A DNA stretch of 64,000 nucleotides from NCBI GenBank assembly GCA_965215605.1, contig OZ244070.1, positions 672,001 through 736,000 on the forward strand. The letters are read 5' to 3'. Shown one piece after another: positions 19,061 to 27,935 of this stretch. Below the pieces are notes generated by a model, which saw nothing but the letters and a program-made list of their open reading frames with translations, was not told the DNA's origin and searched no databases. The DNA is from an uncultured Candidatus Binatia bacterium (lineage in GTDB: Bacteria > Desulfobacterota > Binatia > UBA9968 > JAJDTQ01). How positions within the stretch are numbered: position 1 is the stretch's first letter; every line of letters starts with the position of its first letter. Made by a program: the position numbers and the translations under genes.

Positions 19061-19834
19061 TTGAAGGTCGTAACGTGGAATCTGAACTCCATCCGCGCGC
19101 GGGAGGAACGCTTCCTGAACTGGCTCTCGCGCCAAGGCCCGGACGTGGTCTGTCTTCAGGAGACCAAGGTCACCGACGAGCAGTTTCCCTACGACGCCGT
19201 GAAGGAGCAGGGCTATCACGCCGCCGTGCACGGCCAGAAGACCTACAACGGCGTGGCGATCCTGTCGCGGGAACCCATCGACGACGTCCGGGTCGGCTTC
19301 GGCGACGGCGTCGACGACCCCCAGGCCCGCTGCATCGGCGCGATGATCCAGGGCGTCCGTTTCATATCGGTGTATGTTCCCAACGGGAACAAGGTCGAGT
19401 CGGACAAATACGTCTACAAGCAAGAATGGTTGGAGCGCATGTTCGGCTACCTCGACAAGACCCACGCACCCGGGACGCCGCTCCTGATCTCCGGCGACTT
19501 CAACATCGCGCCCGACCTGGCGGACGTGGCCGAGCCGGACGTGTGGCGCGGCACCGTGCTCTTCAACCCCGACATGACGGACGTGATGACGCGGCTTTCG
19601 GATTGGGGGCTCGAGGACGTGGTCCGGAAGCACAATCCGGAGCCGGGGCTCTATTCATGGTGGGACTACCGCCAGCTCGGGTTTCCGCGCAACAAGGGAC
19701 TCCGCATCGACCACATTCTCGCCACCCCGGAGCTGGCGTCGCGCTCGACGTCGGCCGGTGTCGACCGGGACGAGCGCAAGGGCCCGAAGCCGTCGGACCA
19801 CGCGCCGGTGATGGCGGAGCTGGACTGGCCGTAG
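19061..19834 (+). CDS. xth: Exodeoxyribonuclease III
   Basis: TWNLNSIRAR, LQETK, YNGVAILS, GDFNIAP, SWWDYR, RIDH, SDHAPV. Confidence 0.95.
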   Translation: MKVVTWNLNSIRAREERFLNWLSRQGPDVVCLQETKVTDEQFPYDAVKEQGYHAAVHGQKTYNGVAILSREPIDDVRVGFGDGVDDPQARCIGAMIQGVRFISVYVPNGNKVESDKYVYKQEWLERMFGYLDKTHAPGTPLLISGDFNIAPDLADVAEPDVWRGTVLFNPDMTDVMTRLSDWGLEDVVRKHNPEPGLYSWWDYRQLGFPRNKGLRIDHILATPELASRSTSAGVDRDERKGPKPSDHAPVMAELDWP

Positions 19835-19852
19835 AACTAAGGCGGGTATGGA

Positions 19853-19895
19853 GTCATGCGGGGGTCCGCCGGCTTGCCGGGGACCCCCGCATGAC
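19853..19895. terminator. Long inverted repeat between convergent genes (bidirectional terminator or REP-like)
   Basis: GTCATGCGGGGGTCC...GGACCCCCGCATGAC 15-bp outer stem with an inner CCGG-CTTG-CCGG. Confidence 0.7.
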
Positions 19896-19906
19896 GTTTC
19901 AGACGT

Positions 19907-20419
19907 CTACTTCTTGCGGGGAACCGCCGCCCAGGCCTCGATCTCGATGAGCATGTCCTGCAGATCGATGCCGACGCCGCGCAGCAGGGTGGCGGGACGG
20001 GGATGGGCCCGCAGATCGGGCTCGTGCTCCTCGAAGAACGCGTACATCGCGTCGCGCATGTCGAAGACGTCCTCACGGCGCGTGAGGAAGTAGCGGATCA
20101 TCACGATGTGCTTGAGCTCTCCGCCCATCATCTCGAGATTGTCCTTGATGTCCTGCCAGGCCTGAGTGGTCTGCTCCTTGATGCCGCCGACGACCTTGCC
20201 GCGGCCGGCCCGCTCCTCGTTGGGCTCCCGGCAGGGCGCGTCCTCGAACGGATCGCGCCCAGTGGAACCGGAAAGGAACAGGATGTCCACGTCGCCCCGG
20301 GTGCGGAAGCCCGTGGCCCAGTTCATCCTCTCCTTGTGATAGTGCGGCCACAGCGTGCCCCAGTCGTACTCGGTCTTCTCGGCTTCCTGCCGTTTGACCG
20401 CTTCTTCGTTCGTTGCCAT
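19907..20419 (-). CDS. RidA/YjgF family protein (divergent)
   Basis: LFLSGSTG, IKEQT.QAW..IK..LE..G..LKHIV, LIEIEAWA. Confidence 0.8.
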   Translation of the reverse strand: MATNEEAVKRQEAEKTEYDWGTLWPHYHKERMNWATGFRTRGDVDILFLSGSTGRDPFEDAPCREPNEERAGRGKVVGGIKEQTTQAWQDIKDNLEMMGGELKHIVMIRYFLTRREDVFDMRDAMYAFFEEHEPDLRAHPRPATLLRGVGIDLQDMLIEIEAWAAVPRKK

Positions 20420-20486
20420 CGTGAATCGCCTCCTTGTGGTTTGAGTTGATACTTCGGAATTCGCGGACCCGGGATGGGGCGGAACC

Positions 20487-21089
20487 CTATCCCAGGCCGA
20501 CGAAAGGAATGGTAATGCCCTCGGTGCGCTCGATGTAGCGGACGAACCGGTACTTGTACTCCGCCAGATCGACGTTGGGGCGCGGGATCTCGCGGTGCCA
20601 GAGGCTCTCTTCGACCTTGCACACCACGTAGTGGAGCCCCTCTCCGGTGACGCCAGGCAGGCCGTGCTCCTTGAAGCCCTCGATGTCGTCCACGGTCACG
20701 GCGTTCTCGATTCCCGAGGCGCGGGCGATGGCGGCGAGGTCGGTCTTGCCGGCCGTTGCCGTGGGCTCGCTCATGGTGCTGCCGCTGTAGACCTCGTTGT
20801 CGAACACCAACACCGTCAGGTTGGACAAGTCGAGGTTGCCCAGGGTCGGAAGATTGAACAGCGACAGCAGCACGCTGCCGTCCGACTCGAGCACGATGAC
20901 GCGGCGGTGGGGCAGCGCCAGCGCCAGTCCCATGCCCACGCCCGTGGCGCACCCCATCATGCCCACCAGCAGGTTCCCCTCGTGCTGCGACAGGTGGAAC
21001 CACTCGATGCGCTGGCCGCTCTGGGAGGAGAGCACCAGTTGATCGGTCATCAGCGGCGCCATGAGCTCGAGACAGTCGCGCCGGATCAT
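20487..21089 (-). CDS. TPP-dependent decarboxylase beta subunit (ComE/sulfopyruvate or phosphonopyruvate decarboxylase-like)
   Basis: GMMGCATGVGMGLALA, VLESDGS, VFDNEVY, TDLAAIARASG; ATG overlaps the upstream stop. Confidence 0.85.
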   Translation of the reverse strand: MIRRDCLELMAPLMTDQLVLSSQSGQRIEWFHLSQHEGNLLVGMMGCATGVGMGLALALPHRRVIVLESDGSVLLSLFNLPTLGNLDLSNLTVLVFDNEVYSGSTMSEPTATAGKTDLAAIARASGIENAVTVDDIEGFKEHGLPGVTGEGLHYVVCKVEESLWHREIPRPNVDLAEYKYRFVRYIERTEGITIPFVGLG

Positions 21090-21592
21090 CGGGCGAACTC
21101 CCCGGAGAAGATCAGGGCGGCCGGCGCCCGCATGGAGTCGCTGACCCGCTGGGCGTCCCGGATGTGCCGATCGAGATTGTCGGCGTTCTCGATGACGCGG
21201 TATTCGAGGCCCAGCCCTTCGAGGGTGGGGATCATGCGCATGCCGATGGTCACGTAGAGGAAGCTGTTCCGTTGATCGGCGAAACTGCCCAGAAAGCCGA
21301 TGAGCAGCAGGATCGGCACGCCCATCTGCTTGCCCACCGTGAGCAGGGAGTAGGCGGAAACGTAGGGCCCGGTGCTCTCCATGTAGCAGGCCACCCGCTT
21401 GCCGCCGAGGGCCGCGCCCGCGGCGATGGTGATGGCCTCCTGCTCGCTGGCGGCCGCCACCATCTGGACGGTGCCGTCCTCGCGCAGGAGCGGCAGGATC
21501 TGGCTGAGCCGGCTCTCCGGCAGGTAGGTCAGGAAATCGATGCCGGCCGCCTTCAGGCCGTGGACGATCTTCTCGGCGAGTACGGGTTCCAT
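21086..21592 (-). CDS. TPP-dependent decarboxylase alpha subunit (ComD-like)
   Basis: LKAAGIDF..YLPES, EQEAITIAAGAALGG, MESTG. Confidence 0.85.
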   Translation of the reverse strand: MEPVLAEKIVHGLKAAGIDFLTYLPESRLSQILPLLREDGTVQMVAAASEQEAITIAAGAALGGKRVACYMESTGPYVSAYSLLTVGKQMGVPILLLIGFLGSFADQRNSFLYVTIGMRMIPTLEGLGLEYRVIENADNLDRHIRDAQRVSDSMRAPAALIFSGEFAR

Positions 21593-21613
21593 GAGCGGTT
21601 CCTGTCCTGACGG

Positions 21614-22888
21614 CTATCGCGCCCAATTGCAGATGGTCGCCGCCGAAAGCGCATAGATCTTCGCCGCGCGCACGATCTCGTCGATGTCGATCTGCTCCGA
21701 CCGGGTGGTAAAGCGGCCGCCGCCGAGGCCGAACTTGCAGGCGGGAATACCCATCTCGTTGTAGATGTTGGTGTCGGTCCAGATGCTGGAACGGAAGGTG
21801 TTGGCCGGGGTGGTATTTTCGCCGAACAGCTCCTGGTGGGTCTCCTCGATGACATCCACCACGGGCTCGATGCCCTTGGCCTCGTAGCCCATCTTCGACG
21901 TGTACATCTCGATGTCGTACTCGTAGCCGGTGGCGTCCATCACCGCGCGCAACTGCCGCTGCACCTCGAGGGGCCGAAGCTCCGGCGGGATGCGCACGTC
22001 CAGGTACAGCGAGCAGATGCCCGGGTGGTAGTTGGGCCGGTAGGGCGCGCCGCCCTGCACCGAGCCGAGGTTGACCTTGGGGATGATGGGGCCGTTGGCC
22101 GACTGGTACACGTGGTTCGCCTCGAACTCCTCCGCCCAAGCGTCCACCGCCTGCACCACCCTGGACATCTTCAGCACCGCGTTGTGCTCCTCCGGCGGTT
22201 CCTGCTGGCGAGTGACGCCCCAGGCCGCGTGGGGATTGCCGAAGGTGTCGATCTTGAACTGGGCCACGCCAGCCTGGGTCCAGATGATGGACAAGGCCGA
22301 GCGGTCCGCGACGATGGCGTAGTCGGACTGGACGCCGTAGGTGAGCAGGTGGCGGGTGCCGGTGCCCTCGCCGCGGTACAGTCCGGACTGGTACGGCCCG
22401 ATGGGGGTGCGGGATATCTCGCCCGCCACCGCCGCCAGGATCAGGTCGCCCTTGACGGCCACGCCGCTCTTCTTGAGCGCCTTGCCGGCCACCATGAAGG
22501 CCGCCAGCCCGGACTTCATGTTGGACGCCGCCAGGCCGAACACCTTGCCGTCCCGGATGGCGCCCCGGAGCTCGCTCTGCGGCTCGAGCTCCCGGCACAG
22601 CATGAGGTCGTCTTCCTGCCCGGTGAAGCTCGTGTCCATGTGGCCGTTGATCATCAACGACACGCCGCCGCCGGTGCCCTGGAGCACCCCCACCGCGTTC
22701 ACCCGGTTGGGGTCGATCTCCTGGCGCACGGGCTTGAGACCGTTGCGGCCGTACCAGTCGAGAATGAACTCGCCGATCTCCTTCTCGGACCCGGTGGGGC
22801 TCAGGATGTCCACCAGATCCCGCGTGAGCTCAGCCAGCTCCTGGCCGTCGATGTGCTGGAGTATCTGTTCCTTGGTGCTGTCGTCCAT
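21614..22888 (-). CDS. M20/ArgE-like peptidase-fold protein with altered metal ligands
   Basis: SPTGSE, NGHMDT, dimerisation-domain layout (LDVRIPP), TDTN. Confidence 0.8.
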   Translation of the reverse strand: MDDSTKEQILQHIDGQELAELTRDLVDILSPTGSEKEIGEFILDWYGRNGLKPVRQEIDPNRVNAVGVLQGTGGGVSLMINGHMDTSFTGQEDDLMLCRELEPQSELRGAIRDGKVFGLAASNMKSGLAAFMVAGKALKKSGVAVKGDLILAAVAGEISRTPIGPYQSGLYRGEGTGTRHLLTYGVQSDYAIVADRSALSIIWTQAGVAQFKIDTFGNPHAAWGVTRQQEPPEEHNAVLKMSRVVQAVDAWAEEFEANHVYQSANGPIIPKVNLGSVQGGAPYRPNYHPGICSLYLDVRIPPELRPLEVQRQLRAVMDATGYEYDIEMYTSKMGYEAKGIEPVVDVIEETHQELFGENTTPANTFRSSIWTDTNIYNEMGIPACKFGLGGGRFTTRSEQIDIDEIVRAAKIYALSAATICNWAR

Positions 22889-22904
22889 GGTGTGGCGGGG
22901 TGTT

Positions 22905-23081
22905 TCAGCTCTTCCGTTGCTTGTCGATCTTCATGATCGGCATGACGCCGGAAACGTCGACCTTGTAGAGGTCCTGGAGCAGCCGGTGGGTTTCCTCCGC
23001 CTGCCTGGCGATGGACTCGATCTCGTCCTCGCTGAGATTGAACCCGTACTCCTTGTCGATCTCTCGAATTCGATCCTTCAC
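22905..23081 (-). CDS. Small helical protein, GatC-like (58 aa)
   Basis: GGAGGA RBS, GTG start, KDRIREIDKEYGFNLSEDEIESIARQ...VDVSGVMP; first gene of the M20 operon. Confidence 0.6.
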   Translation of the reverse strand: MKDRIREIDKEYGFNLSEDEIESIARQAEETHRLLQDLYKVDVSGVMPIMKIDKQRKS

Positions 23082-23218
23082 GGCCGCTCCTCCGATCTGC
23101 CAATGTCCGTCAGGGGATTGCGCGTGGCGTGAGCCTGTGGCCCTCGAACCGCTCGTAACACGCGGCCCCATGCGTGTCAACGCGAGGTTAGCGGGCTTTC
23201 CCACCAACACACAGAGGG

Positions 23219-25075
23219 TCACCGTCTCCCGCTTCTTTGGCGGGTTTCCAACTTGTCCAGCTCTTCCATCAAACGTCGCTTGGCCTTGTGTCGAAGGCGC
23301 AACGCCGAAATATAATCGCGGTACTCGTCGCTGCGGCCAAGACTCTGCAGGAGCTTTTCCATCCTCGACAAATGAGGCACGGCCTCCCGATACGCGCGCG
23401 GCTGGACTCGGGCGATCAGATTTTCCGCCTTGCGTCTCCAAACCTCGAGACTCACGTCGGGATGGGTTCCCGCCACAGCCTTGGCGACAGCTTCGGCATG
23501 ATAGTCCTGATTGGGTGCCTCCCGAAACCACCGTAAGGCGTCCTCGGTTCGACTCTCGTACAGCGCGATAGCGATCAGGTCATTGTGATCAGGGAAGGTT
23601 CGCGGAACTCGCGGGTCGGACCACTGAAGCCCGGTGTCGGGCAACGGCCACCCAGCCGTAGACGAAGGTGCGGCTCCCGTCTCCAGGAAGCGCAACAACG
23701 CGTGCCGCACCGGTTGCCAGCGGTCTGCCTTTCGGCCTGCTATTTCGGCATCTCGATAGTTGTCCATATGGGTATGCCACACGAACGCCTCCGCTCGCAG
23801 GGCCGCAACCAGCAACCAATCCCTCCGCTTCCGGGCAATTTCGACCAACAGTTCCACCAGCTTCCATGCGATGCCGGGCTGATCGTCCAGGGTCTTGTGG
23901 AAACCTTGATGGGCCCAGTGCGCAGCCTGATCATAGGTTTTGCTTGCCAACAGGCGTTGAACGAGCTCGACGTAGTTGTCGCAATAGGGCAACTCCTCGA
24001 TCATCAGCCTTATCGCCCGCTCATCCTCGCCGGCGTTGAACAACGCCGACTGCGTGCAGGCCAACAGCCTTTCCCGACGGTACTTTTTCGAAGACCAGCC
24101 GTCGTCGCTTGCAGGCTTGGGGGAAGAAGCCAACCGATTCCCGAATGCTTCGGCAACCTCACGCCAGTCGGTCCGGCTCAGTCGAGCCTCATCCACTGGC
24201 GGCCCCAGCCCCTCCAGCAAAGCGTACTCGTCGTTGATCAGCTTGTCCCAATACCAGATCATGAGCTTTGCGGCCGGTTGTTGTGTTTTCCCCCTCGCGT
24301 TCAACACCACGGCCAGGCATTCTCTGATCTGCCAAGCGGTTTCACCCTCGTCGTCCGACTCCTCGACCTGCGCGGTTCCCCGTTCGAATATCTCTTCTCC
24401 CAACTCCGCCACCACGGCTTCATGCCCGCCCTTCAACAGCTCTTCAAGTTGTACCCGAATCGGCGCATAGTCCGGCGTGTAGCCCCGGTGGTCCCAATGA
24501 TCCCGCCAGCCTCCCTCACTCGCCGTCTCGCGGATCCGCCGTCGCAGCCGGGCGACTGTCTGAGCCAATGCCTTATCGGTCAGCGGCGACGCCAAAGGCA
24601 ATGTATCGAGGAGCGACGGATCGTCAGCAAATCTGTCCAACGCCCACTCGACAAGCTTCGCCTTGGACATGGCCTTGAGGGCAACGCGCGCCTTCTCGAC
24701 ATCGAGGGCCTGCTCCGGCCCGCCCGCCAAGCCATACGCGGACAGCCGGACATCCAGTTCGTCAGACTCGATCTTCGGAACCGATTTCCCCGAACTGAGG
24801 TAGTCAAGATAAGTCAGGACCACGGCAACGGCGTGTTTGCATGGGCCTGCGTAAGGACAACTGCACTGGTGGTCAGGCGTGTCGCCGGTCATCCATACGA
24901 GGGTGAGATAGCTCTCGCCCCCCACAACATCGGCGACCAGATGCTCGTCCTGGGTCACGGCAAGATCGTGCACGCGGCGCCGGTAGCTCCGGCCGCGCTC
25001 CACGACCGCTGATCCCGCCCATTCCTCAAGGTCTTCCCAGCCGAGGGATGCAACGGATGCTATCGACATAACCAT
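23219..25075 (-). CDS. SWIM zinc-finger protein with helical C-terminal region
   Basis: ERGRSY, CSCPYAGPCKH (CxCxnCxH), C-terminal LRLRHKAKRRLMEELD. Confidence 0.88.
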   Translation of the reverse strand: MVMSIASVASLGWEDLEEWAGSAVVERGRSYRRRVHDLAVTQDEHLVADVVGGESYLTLVWMTGDTPDHQCSCPYAGPCKHAVAVVLTYLDYLSSGKSVPKIESDELDVRLSAYGLAGGPEQALDVEKARVALKAMSKAKLVEWALDRFADDPSLLDTLPLASPLTDKALAQTVARLRRRIRETASEGGWRDHWDHRGYTPDYAPIRVQLEELLKGGHEAVVAELGEEIFERGTAQVEESDDEGETAWQIRECLAVVLNARGKTQQPAAKLMIWYWDKLINDEYALLEGLGPPVDEARLSRTDWREVAEAFGNRLASSPKPASDDGWSSKKYRRERLLACTQSALFNAGEDERAIRLMIEELPYCDNYVELVQRLLASKTYDQAAHWAHQGFHKTLDDQPGIAWKLVELLVEIARKRRDWLLVAALRAEAFVWHTHMDNYRDAEIAGRKADRWQPVRHALLRFLETGAAPSSTAGWPLPDTGLQWSDPRVPRTFPDHNDLIAIALYESRTEDALRWFREAPNQDYHAEAVAKAVAGTHPDVSLEVWRRKAENLIARVQPRAYREAVPHLSRMEKLLQSLGRSDEYRDYISALRLRHKAKRRLMEELDKLETRQRSGRR

Positions 25076-25113
25076 TCAGGCGTGGGTCATGCGCATCGGC
25101 TGCAGGTCCCCTA

Positions 25114-25262
25114 TCAAACCGCTCCCTCTTCGTCGTCGGGCAGCCGCAGCAGGCGTTCGCCACGCCAGACCCGAACGATCCGAACGGCATTCCGATCCCG
25201 TCGATAGATGATCCTGAATGGCGGGTTCGTCAGTTCCCGAAGTGAAGCCTGCCCGAACTCCG
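25114..25262 (-). pseudogene. C-terminal half of a RelE/ParE toxin (N-terminus deleted)
   Basis: PEFGQASLRELTNPPFRIIYR....VRIVRVWRGERLL begins right after the antitoxin stop, with no start codon. Confidence 0.8.
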
Positions 25263-25264
25263 GT

Positions 25265-25528
25265 CTACTTGAGGCCGAGCCGGGATTTCGCTTCCGCCAA
25301 CGAAACCTCGCGTCCCTCTTCGATATCTGACAACCCTTCGACGACCGCCAGCATGAAGGTGCGCTCATCGTCGGCTGCTCCGAATTCTTCGACGGACTGG
25401 ACGACCGCGCCGCCTCGCCCGCGACTGGTGACAAGAACGGGACGGCGAGTTTCTGCGGCATGTTTCACTACGCGGCCGGGGTTGGTTTTCAGGTCGGTCA
25501 GGGGAACGATGTCTTGAGAGAACCTCAC
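25265..25528 (-). CDS. Phd/YefM family antitoxin
   Basis: GTG with AGGAG RBS; DIVPLTDLK...RPVLVTSRGR...GLSDIEEGREVSLAEAK. Confidence 0.88.
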   Translation of the reverse strand: MRFSQDIVPLTDLKTNPGRVVKHAAETRRPVLVTSRGRGGAVVQSVEEFGAADDERTFMLAVVEGLSDIEEGREVSLAEAKSRLGLK

Positions 25529-25563
25529 TCGCGTCTCCTCTATTGGACCTGTTGAACATACGC

Positions 25564-25593
25564 ATAATAGGTACTGTAAGTACATGCTGTCAA
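25564..25593 (-). promoter_or_regulatory. Sigma70 promoter with palindromic operator for the phd gene
   Basis: TTGACA-18 nt-TATTAT enclosing GTAC-N5-GTAC. Confidence 0.65.
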
Positions 25594-25660
25594 TGAGTCT
25601 TCTTCCCGGCACGGTCCGGCGGCCCTCGTGGACCGTCAGCTCTCCGATCTTCGCGTACAA

Positions 25661-25830
25661 AAGCCACTGGCCGAACCAAGACCTTCTACGCCCGTGAAGC
25701 CGTCCTGATGTACCTGGAGGATTTCGAAGACATGTAACCTAGCCGAACAGCGGCTGACCGAGAGCCGCGCCGGCAGATCCGATAGCCTTCCGCTTGAAGA
25801 TGGAATGAAACGCTATGGCATGGAGGAGCG
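25661..25830 (+). pseudogene. Remnant of an RHH/RelB-like (DUF6290-type) antitoxin
   Basis: ATGRTKTFYAREAVLMYLEDFEDM, a frameshift at about 25735 (ATG TAA C), then LAEQRLTESRAGRS..LPLE..MKRYGME; no N-terminus. Confidence 0.7.
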
Positions 25831-25991
25831 AGCTTGACCGAAGCCTGACGCCCGATGGGGCTTGTCGCGTGCGGCTGCTCCTACCAAGGCCGCACAAGAA
25901 GGCCTTCCGTTTGAGCCGCTGGTCCGGCTTGACATAGCGCCCTACATCTAGTCATATTATTAGCTAAGCTTCGACTCAGGGAGGCCAAACC

Positions 25992-26222
25992 ATGTCCGTG
26001 GTCAACGTCCATCAAGCCAAGACTCAGCTTTCTCGCCTGTTGGCGCAGGTCGAGGCAGGCGAAGATGTGGTCATCGCGCGGCGGGGTGAGCCGGTCGCGC
26101 GGCTCGTGCGTTGCAACCCGCGCGGCAAGCGGCAGTTTGGCGCCATGCGAGGACAAATCGTGGTGGACGACAGCATCCTCGATCCACTGCCCGAGGAAGA
26201 ATTGGCAGCTTGGGAGAGCTGA
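25992..26222 (+). CDS. Phd/YefM family antitoxin (VapB role)
   Basis: VNVHQAKTQLSRLL..VEAGEDVVIARRGEPVARLV; upstream GGAGG. Confidence 0.92.
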   Translation: MSVVNVHQAKTQLSRLLAQVEAGEDVVIARRGEPVARLVRCNPRGKRQFGAMRGQIVVDDSILDPLPEEELAAWES

Positions 26223-26228
26223 ATCGGC

Positions 26229-26615
26229 ATGAGGCTCCTTCTCGACACCCATGCTTTCATGTGGTGGCTGGCAGGCAACAGGCGGCTCTCCTCAGCGGCT
26301 CGTCGCGCAGTGGACGACAGTTCGAACGACGTGGTGGTCAGCGCGGCCACGGCTTGGGAAATCACTACCAAGCACCGCGTCGGCAAACTACAGGAAGCGG
26401 CGGCCGTCGCTCGCGACGTGACCGCCAGCATCGCCAGCCAGGGCTTCGAGGAACTGGCAATCACCGTTCAAGACGCGGAACGCGCAGGCCGATTGCCCGG
26501 CGCACACCGCGATCCTTTCGATCGAATGCTGATAGCCCAGGCATTGACGCACGACTTGACCGTTGTCTCAATCGACTCCGTGTTCGACAGGTACGGCGTC
26601 CCTCGTCTATGGTGA
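26229..26615 (+). CDS. vapC: PIN-domain toxin
   Basis: LLLDTH, SAATAWEI, HRDPFDRMLIAQA. Confidence 0.93.
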   Translation: MRLLLDTHAFMWWLAGNRRLSSAARRAVDDSSNDVVVSAATAWEITTKHRVGKLQEAAAVARDVTASIASQGFEELAITVQDAERAGRLPGAHRDPFDRMLIAQALTHDLTVVSIDSVFDRYGVPRLW

Positions 26616-26649
26616 TTCACCCCTTCGGTGACTTGACGAAGGAGGCACC

Positions 26650-26883
26650 ATGGCCCTGAACCCCGTCGCCGACACCGGCCTCCGGTTCACGGTGAAGCGC
26701 TATCGGAGCGAGAAAACCGCCGACGAGGACGGCTGGTGACACGTCAGAATCGTCCTTGAGCCGGCCAACCACGAATACGCTCCCATCGAGTTGAAGACCG
26801 AAGACGAGGAGGCCGTGGCGGTTGTGGCCGAGTTCGTGGAGGTGGTCGGCACGGATTTCCCCAGCGACCTGCCTCGCGAGTGA
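26650..26883 (+). pseudogene. Remnant of an S24 peptidase-like C-terminal domain, with in-frame TGA at 26737
   Basis: FTVKRYRSEK...GW*HVRIVLEPAN.EY.PIEL...VAVVAEFVEVV resembles C-termini of helicase/DUF3427-associated S24-like domains. Confidence 0.55.
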
Positions 26884-26926
26884 ATCACCGGCAAGGCCGA
26901 TAACCGATCAGCGCTTTCCCTTCACC

Positions 26927-26955
26927 TTGACACCCCGGAAACCGAAGCCCACAAT
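26927..26955 (+). promoter_or_regulatory. Putative sigma70 promoter
   Basis: TTGACA-17 nt-CACAAT. Confidence 0.5.
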
Positions 26956-27016
26956 AGGCTACGGTGCAAAGCCGCCCGAAATGCTTCCGGGCGGACCGGG
27001 CAACCGGACCCGTATA

Positions 27017-27163
27017 ATGATCGAAATGCTGGTGACCTATCCGGGCCTCGTCTTCATCGGGCTGTCGCTGCTGGTGGTTGTCGACACGGTGAGCGGGAAC
27101 CTGCCTCCGGCGGCGCTGGTCCCGTTTGCCCTGGGTACGGTGCTGGCGGTGATATTGCTGTGA
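27017..27163 (+). CDS. Small hydrophobic protein (48 aa, two TM segments)
   Basis: MIEMLVTYPGLVFIGLSLLVVV...PFALGTVLAVILL; host-like codon use. Confidence 0.45.
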   Translation: MIEMLVTYPGLVFIGLSLLVVVDTVSGNLPPAALVPFALGTVLAVILL

Positions 27164-27170
27164 CAGGCTC

Positions 27171-27935
27171 GTGGGAACAACGATGAGCGCAAAAGCGGAT
27201 ACGATCCCGAGGGCGGGAGAAGGGACGTTCCCCTTCGCGCGGGCAGCGTCGGGGGCGGTATTCCTGACGGCAATCCTGGCGTGCGGGACGGCCTTCCCGC
27301 AAAACGCTCCCACCAGCCAGGACGCGCCGTCTCCGGCTCTCCGTCAGGGCACGATCATTGAAGAGGACCTGTCGGCAACCGTACCCGCGCCGGCTCGGCG
27401 CGACCCGCTCCCCGACCCCGTAACCGCGCCGGTGGTTCCGGAGGCCACGGTCGAGAGCGGTCCCCGGCAGGACCCGGTCGACACTCCTGTCCCGGACGGC
27501 TCGTACGAGTTACCCTCTCTGGCGGCTTTCGACAGCACCACCATGCCCCGGCGAAGGGCGTCCGTGAAGCTGGTGCAACAAGGCCGGGATCTTCTCCGGA
27601 CCGAAAACTACGGGGCCGCGCTGAGCCAGTTCGAACGCGCCATCGGCGTGGACGCCACCAATCCCTACAGCCACTACTTCGTGGCCCGGGCGCACTACTT
27701 CCTGAAGCACTACCGCGAATCCCTGAATTTTCTCGACGTGGCGGAGTCGAGACTGGCCGCCGATGACCGCTGGCAGGCGGAGATCCATGTGCTGCGGGCG
27801 CGCAACGCCACCGCCCTGGGTTTTCACGGACAGGCGGACGTCAACTACATCCGCGCCCTCTCCCTCCAGCCGCGCCACGGATTCGCCCTCGCCCAACTCA
27901 CCACCCTGGACACCCCGGACCGGACAGGCCGCTAG
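27171..27935 (+). CDS. Exported TPR protein with Pro-rich linker
   Basis: Hydrophobic N-terminal segment; ALSQFERAIGVDATNPYSHYFVARAHY TPR repeats. Confidence 0.75.
   Translation: MGTTMSAKADTIPRAGEGTFPFARAASGAVFLTAILACGTAFPQNAPTSQDAPSPALRQGTIIEEDLSATVPAPARRDPLPDPVTAPVVPEATVESGPRQDPVDTPVPDGSYELPSLAAFDSTTMPRRRASVKLVQQGRDLLRTENYGAALSQFERAIGVDATNPYSHYFVARAHYFLKHYRESLNFLDVAESRLAADDRWQAEIHVLRARNATALGFHGQADVNYIRALSLQPRHGFALAQLTTLDTPDRTGR

Noticed and set aside
26737-26739. In-frame TGA as a second selenocysteine
   Set aside because: Context W*H matches a position recalled as Arg (CGA to TGA), there is no redox motif, and the ORF is only a domain fragment; a nonsense mutation is more likely
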